Shown here: piece after piece, positions 59,752-64,000 of the stretch
How the letters are laid out: every line of letters starts with the position of its first letter
How positions within the stretch are numbered: position 1 is the first letter of the stretch
DNA from: Candidatus Poribacteria bacterium
GTDB taxonomy: Bacteria > Poribacteria > WGA-4E > PCPOR2b
Length of the DNA stretch: 64,000 nt
NCBI GenBank assembly: GCA_965208675.1
Contig: OZ242351.1
Coordinates: forward strand, 3,072,001 to 3,136,000
Reading direction: 5' to 3'
Notes under the pieces: generated by a model
The model's input: the letters and a program-made list of their open reading frames with translations, nothing else
Database searches by the model: none
Told to the model about the DNA's origin: nothing
Position numbers and translations under genes: made by a program

Positions 59752-60102
59752 CTAAAATGATGCGCTATCACTCTTATGATGAGGTCTGCCCTGTGCATCG
59801 AAACCAGAGACAGAAGCGTATGCAGAACCGCTTGAGCAAGTGCCATCTTCTCGGTCTACGACTACTGAAGTAGAAACCCGATTATCTGCGAAATCGTCAT
59901 GGTCTTCCTTTTCTTCACTATCAACACGAGCGTACAGATAGTAAGAACCATCATAAAGAGCGTGATTATTAATTGATGCGGTTGCTTTACACGTATCCGC
60001 ATTCGCGGTACAGTAAGCGTTATACGCATAAACACTGACGCAAACAATTCCAATTACCAACACCAAGAAACTACTCAACATAACCAACGTTTTGCATTTC
60101 AT
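59752..60102 (-). CDS. Small secreted beta-rich protein (116 aa)
   Basis: RBS AAAGGAG + ATG 60102; signal peptide ...VSVYA. Confidence 0.75.
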   Translation of the reverse strand: MKCKTLVMLSSFLVLVIGIVCVSVYAYNAYCTANADTCKATASINNHALYDGSYYLYARVDSEEKEDHDDFADNRVSTSVVVDREDGTCSSGSAYASVSGFDAQGRPHHKSDSASF

Positions 60103-60121
60103 GATAATCTCCTTTACTTTT

Positions 60122-60895
60122 TTAGTCATTAAAAACAGTTGCAGGATCGTATCCTGCATCGTCGTAATCAACAAAATTTATGCCAGGGAACTTCGTCTTG
60201 TAAGCCCCTGACAAAATTTCTTGTTCCGAAAAAAGCTGCCCATCACTATCGACTAATTGATTCACTGTGTCCGTAGCCCCAAGTCTACGCTTGATAAACG
60301 GCACTTCTACGAATTGTCCATCAGGACTTACACGAACATAACTAGCCCACTTAAGATACACCACGTCTGGATAGATCGGGTACACCTTTCCCGATTTTGA
60401 CTCTGAGAAACCGCTTATAAAATCTCGGTCTCCCCGATTCCATAATTCTATCAAGACACGGTAAAGTCTAACGTGGTTGGAAAAATCGCGCTCGTGAAAA
60501 TAGTCTTTGAGCCACACCGGAGTGACGGGAAACCCTTCAGGAACTTCAGGGAAATCCTTCCCTTCTTCCTGTTCAAGAGCGGAATGCTCTTCAACAAGTT
60601 CGTTCCGTTCTGCATTTTCAATTTCATCCGAGTCGGATGTCGATACAACATCATCGGATAATCCCCCATCTGACACCAAATCTGTTTCTAAGTCCGATGG
60701 AGTGTTTTGAGAAACAGAAGCGCGGACAGGGTGATTCGTGCTTACGGCGTGCGGCCCGTCCGACAGCAGGTGTTCTGGAAGAGGTTCCACATTGGGGCCA
60801 TGGAGCCAGCGGCTTCCGAAATAGCTGCCCACAATCAATAGCGCGGAAATCAAGACTGATCCGCATATTATCAGTTTCTGTCTAATCGTAAACAT
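60122..60895 (-). CDS. Membrane-anchored hypothetical protein
   Basis: RBS GAGGAAGGTG + ATG 60895; N-terminal TM helix, acidic linker, globular C-terminus. Confidence 0.75.
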   Translation of the reverse strand: MFTIRQKLIICGSVLISALLIVGSYFGSRWLHGPNVEPLPEHLLSDGPHAVSTNHPVRASVSQNTPSDLETDLVSDGGLSDDVVSTSDSDEIENAERNELVEEHSALEQEEGKDFPEVPEGFPVTPVWLKDYFHERDFSNHVRLYRVLIELWNRGDRDFISGFSESKSGKVYPIYPDVVYLKWASYVRVSPDGQFVEVPFIKRRLGATDTVNQLVDSDGQLFSEQEILSGAYKTKFPGINFVDYDDAGYDPATVFND

Positions 60896-60938
60896 CGATA
60901 TCACCTTCCTCACTCTGTCAATCCTTGGTTGAGAGAAA

Positions 60939-61258
60939 TTTATGTGACCACTGCGGACCGTTCCGCAGTTCAAAGTGTTGCTTAATGGCTATCTTATAAG
61001 CAAAATATGTGCCAAGACGAATATTTCCCCGCAATTCAAGCTCCGTTTTGGACTGGGAAGCCTGATGTGTAAAGGGATCCGGGCAGTTAAATTTTTTTTC
61101 GGTCGAGAGTAACAGCGATTGGATTGGGTAGGCAAAGGGGCGCAACTTATGTTGACACAATTCGGGAAAATGGTGAACGAAGCCTTGCCACACAAGGGTT
61201 TTACGGGATGTGCAACAATAGTGGACAATAGCAACAAATTTTGCATCCCTTTGGAATG
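60939..61258 (-). repeat. sigma54 promoter/enhancer cassette, copy C
   Basis: TTGGCACATATTTTGCT on the minus strand at 60999-61015; collinear with copy A. Confidence 0.85.
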
Positions 61259-61328
61259 AGGGGTTTTCGGTAGGTACGGAGGGTAAATAAAGATTTGGAG
61301 TGCTGAACTGAAGGAATTAAACGATGAT

Positions 61329-62762
61329 TTACGCATCGTCCGATGATGTTTTGGAACGGTTCAGACGCTTGTTCAGCGCCTGCCTCGTCATGCCCAATAG
61401 TTGGGCGGCAGTGGTCTGGTTTCCGTTGGCGCGTTTGAGGGCTTCAGCAACTGCAAACCGCTCGATGTCTTTCAACTTGGGAAATCTGCGCAACTCGGCT
61501 AACTTCTCCACAATTTCAGCTTCGCCGGTATCACCCGCATCAAGGGAAAGGTCAGATTCCCCACCAATCTTCTTCCGGAAAGATTTAATAGAAAGAACGC
61601 CGCCCTTGTACTGACTTGCCGCATCTAGTACGAATCCTTCTAGCTCTCTGACATTTCCCGGAAAATCGAAAGCCTCAAGGTGTGTTAGGAGTTCCGGTGC
61701 AAGGGTACTCATGTCCTCTCCTAGAGTCTCGGACGCATGCGCTAGGAAGTGTTCAACCAATAGCGGGATATCCCCCGCCCGCTCACGAAGCGGCGGCAGG
61801 TGAATATGATGAGTTTGCAAGCGGAAGTAGAGGTCGTTGCGAAAAGTTTCGGACTCTCTCAGGAATTGTATATCTCGATTCGTCGCAACAACTATTCTTG
61901 CGTTATTTGTTCGCGGAAAATCGTCGCCAAGCGGGTAGTAAGTTCTTTCCTGCAGAAGACGCAGCAGTTTGACCTGAGACTCCAGGCGCAGGTCTCCGAT
62001 TTCATCAAGGAAGAGCGTACCGTTTGACGCTTGTTCAATCAATCCCTTGCGAGGCTTATCCGCCCCAGTGTACGCCCCTTTTTTGTGGCCGAAAAGCGTG
62101 TCCGAGAATAGGTGGTCGTCGAGCCCCGCAATATTGACCGAAACGAAGTCACCCACCCGCCCGCTCAACTTGTGGATTGCCGCTGCAATCAGTTCCTTGC
62201 CAACTCCGGTTTCGCCCGTAATCAATACTGGCAGGTCGGTTTGGGCGATTGCCTCGGAATATTGAAAAATGGCGTGCATGCCGCTGTCTTGAGTAATAAT
62301 GTCAGAGAACGCTTCAGGTTGTTTCAGCGCGTCAGAAAACACACGCTCCTTTAGCAGGCGAGTATGGCGACGCAGCTCGCTCATTTCTAGTCCGCGCCGA
62401 ATCGTCGCCGTGAGCTCCGTGACATCCACCGGTTTCACGAGGTAATCGTACGCCCCGGTCTTCAGACATTCCACGGCGGTGCCCACGTCTTTTACGCCCG
62501 TGACAACCGTTACGGGGACGTCTGGAAAGTCGGCAAGAATCAATTGAAGCAGGTCTTTCCCTGATAAATGAGGCATCATCAAATCCAGCACCACAACCGA
62601 GAAGTCATCCTTTGACAGCGTAGACATAACTTCGCGGCTGTCACCGCATTGGACGACACGATTGATGCCCTCTGACCTAAGCGCACGGCTCGTACTGGCA
62701 AGAAAAAGTTCTTCGTCGTCAACGAGTAATATTGGACGGGTAGGAAACTGACTTGTATTCAC
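61329..62762 (-). CDS. NtrC-family sigma54-dependent response regulator (REC-AAA-HTH)
   Basis: LLVDDE, VLDLMMP, ITGETGVGKE, LFGHKKGAYTGA, LFLDEIG, FPGNVRELE, C-terminal Fis-type HTH. Confidence 0.95.
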   Translation of the reverse strand: MNTSQFPTRPILLVDDEELFLASTSRALRSEGINRVVQCGDSREVMSTLSKDDFSVVVLDLMMPHLSGKDLLQLILADFPDVPVTVVTGVKDVGTAVECLKTGAYDYLVKPVDVTELTATIRRGLEMSELRRHTRLLKERVFSDALKQPEAFSDIITQDSGMHAIFQYSEAIAQTDLPVLITGETGVGKELIAAAIHKLSGRVGDFVSVNIAGLDDHLFSDTLFGHKKGAYTGADKPRKGLIEQASNGTLFLDEIGDLRLESQVKLLRLLQERTYYPLGDDFPRTNNARIVVATNRDIQFLRESETFRNDLYFRLQTHHIHLPPLRERAGDIPLLVEHFLAHASETLGEDMSTLAPELLTHLEAFDFPGNVRELEGFVLDAASQYKGGVLSIKSFRKKIGGESDLSLDAGDTGEAEIVEKLAELRRFPKLKDIERFAVAEALKRANGNQTTAAQLLGMTRQALNKRLNRSKTSSDDA

Positions 62763-62765
62763 TGA

Positions 62766-64000
62766 TTACGCTCCGACGGCGGCAGGCAGCTTGACTGTCG
62801 CCCTCGTGCCCTTTCCAAGTTCTGAGGCGAAGGTCAAATCTCCGCCATGATTCTTGATAATAGTGTAAGAGATTGACAGCCCTAGGCCGGTACCTCCGGT
62901 GTCACGCTTGGTAGTGAAAAAGGCGTCCATGATGCGACCTAAATTTTCAGGCGGAATTCCTTCTCCCTCGTCGCAAACTTCAATCAATACATCGTTTGAA
63001 CGCTTTCGGGTCGAAACCGCGATTTTTTTGCTCGGGTCGGACAGCGATTGGCAAGCGTTCGTGACTAAGTTAATAAATACCTGCTCAATTTGTTGCGCAT
63101 TACCCTGAATCAACGGCAAGCCGCAATCCAATTCGAGCGAGAAATGGTTTGTAGCGTTTTTTATCAAATTCTCTATAATCAACATTGCAGCGTTAATCAC
63201 CGCATTGCAATCAACCGATTGTTTTAATTCTTCGTCTCCGCTTTGCGAAAAATCGCTGAGCGCGTTCACAATCTCTTGGATTCGCCTCGCCCCGCTAATC
63301 ATTCCCGTAGTCATGTCCTTGATATCAGTATTTAATTTCGTATAGGGCTCTCCAGCGCACATAAAGTCCCCATTCTCGTGGTAATACCTCTCTAGGATGG
63401 GCATTACGGCCAACCAACATTTCTCAAGGACTTGTCCGTTCTGCAATATAAAACTGTTCGGGTTGTTAATCTCGTGCGCCACGCCGGCGGTCATGACGCC
63501 CAATGACGCCATCTTATCCGCTAGAATCAACTGGCGCTGCTGCTGCGCAGATAGTTCCTCGGCACGCTTGCGTTCCGTGATGTCCAGCGCAAAGCCCGCT
63601 ACGCGGTAGGGTACGCCGTTCTCATCGTCCACTGGAAAGGCGCGCGCATGAATCCAACGGATTTCACCATCCGGACGCACCATACGGAACTCATACTCCA
63701 CTGAATCGCCGAGTTTCTGACGCTCAAAATGAGCAATAACCTGCTCTATGTCATCCGGATAGATGCTCTCCACCCACGACATCGGCGCTGCCATTAAGTC
63801 CATGCGGGATCGTCCCCATATCTCATCGTATCCGGGGCTGAGGTAGAAAAACTCGTCCCCTTCGAGCGACATTAGCCAGAACACCTCGCGGATGCTGGTC
63901 GCCAACTGGTGAAAGCGTTCTTCACTCGCTCGAAGGTCACGTTCAGTCTCCTTCTGCCGCGTGATGTCCCGCCAAATGAACCGGCAGTAAAGCGCCTTTC
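62766..64000 (-). CDS. PAS-domain sensor histidine kinase, 5'-truncated by the window edge
   Basis: PAS/PAC domain, GVAHEINNP H-box, INLVTNA, DEGEGI, FFTTK, GTGLGL; the frame stays open beyond 63905. Confidence 0.93.
   Translation of the reverse strand, partial: KALYCRFIWRDITRQKETERDLRASEERFHQLATSIREVFWLMSLEGDEFFYLSPGYDEIWGRSRMDLMAAPMSWVESIYPDDIEQVIAHFERQKLGDSVEYEFRMVRPDGEIRWIHARAFPVDDENGVPYRVAGFALDITERKRAEELSAQQQRQLILADKMASLGVMTAGVAHEINNPNSFILQNGQVLEKCWLAVMPILERYYHENGDFMCAGEPYTKLNTDIKDMTTGMISGARRIQEIVNALSDFSQSGDEELKQSVDCNAVINAAMLIIENLIKNATNHFSLELDCGLPLIQGNAQQIEQVFINLVTNACQSLSDPSKKIAVSTRKRSNDVLIEVCDEGEGIPPENLGRIMDAFFTTKRDTGGTGLGLSISYTIIKNHGGDLTFASELGKGTRATVKLPAAVGA

Overview
Bacterial genomic window. 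The WD40 and M6-peptidase proteins with a C-terminal 'NYPNPFNP/SPNPI...WDG.N..G' sorting-like domain, the HEAT/TPR/sialidase/SUMF1 content and the dense GTAG-type REPs suggest Ca. Poribacteria or a relative (inference only). Housekeeping content: slt-lpxB, prpB-prpC-mazG, rbsK, nrdR-nrdJ, two tandem MFS paralogs, an O-antigen ligase, a gluconolactonase, a sialidase and a PAS kinase/sigma54-activator pair. Accessory content, strongest signals first. (1) A 6-14.8 kb island with a secreted transglutaminase-like protein, two 'mini-RHS' proteins (Sec signal peptide fused directly to the 37-aa RHS core/DPxG autoprotease motif, no YD shell, then a diverged HExxH metallopeptidase domain), three secreted HEAT-repeat partners and a decayed Cre-like tyrosine recombinase. 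It is bracketed by two promoter-bearing structured non-coding RNA candidates and is my best candidate for an undescribed system. (2) A selenocysteine HMA lipoprotein (UGA in U-x-x-C plus a SECIS-like hairpin) missed by the ORF track. (3) A ~300-bp sigma54 promoter/enhancer cassette present three times, with concerted enhancer changes and one orphan copy. (4) A REP family carrying fixed-length (~100 nt) but hypervariable interiors. (5) A frameshifted RecQ-UvrD double helicase, an amber-interrupted lipoprotein and an EcoRV-like R-M pair. No rRNA, tRNA or CRISPR array was seen. All family calls come from motif recognition by eye; no database search was run.
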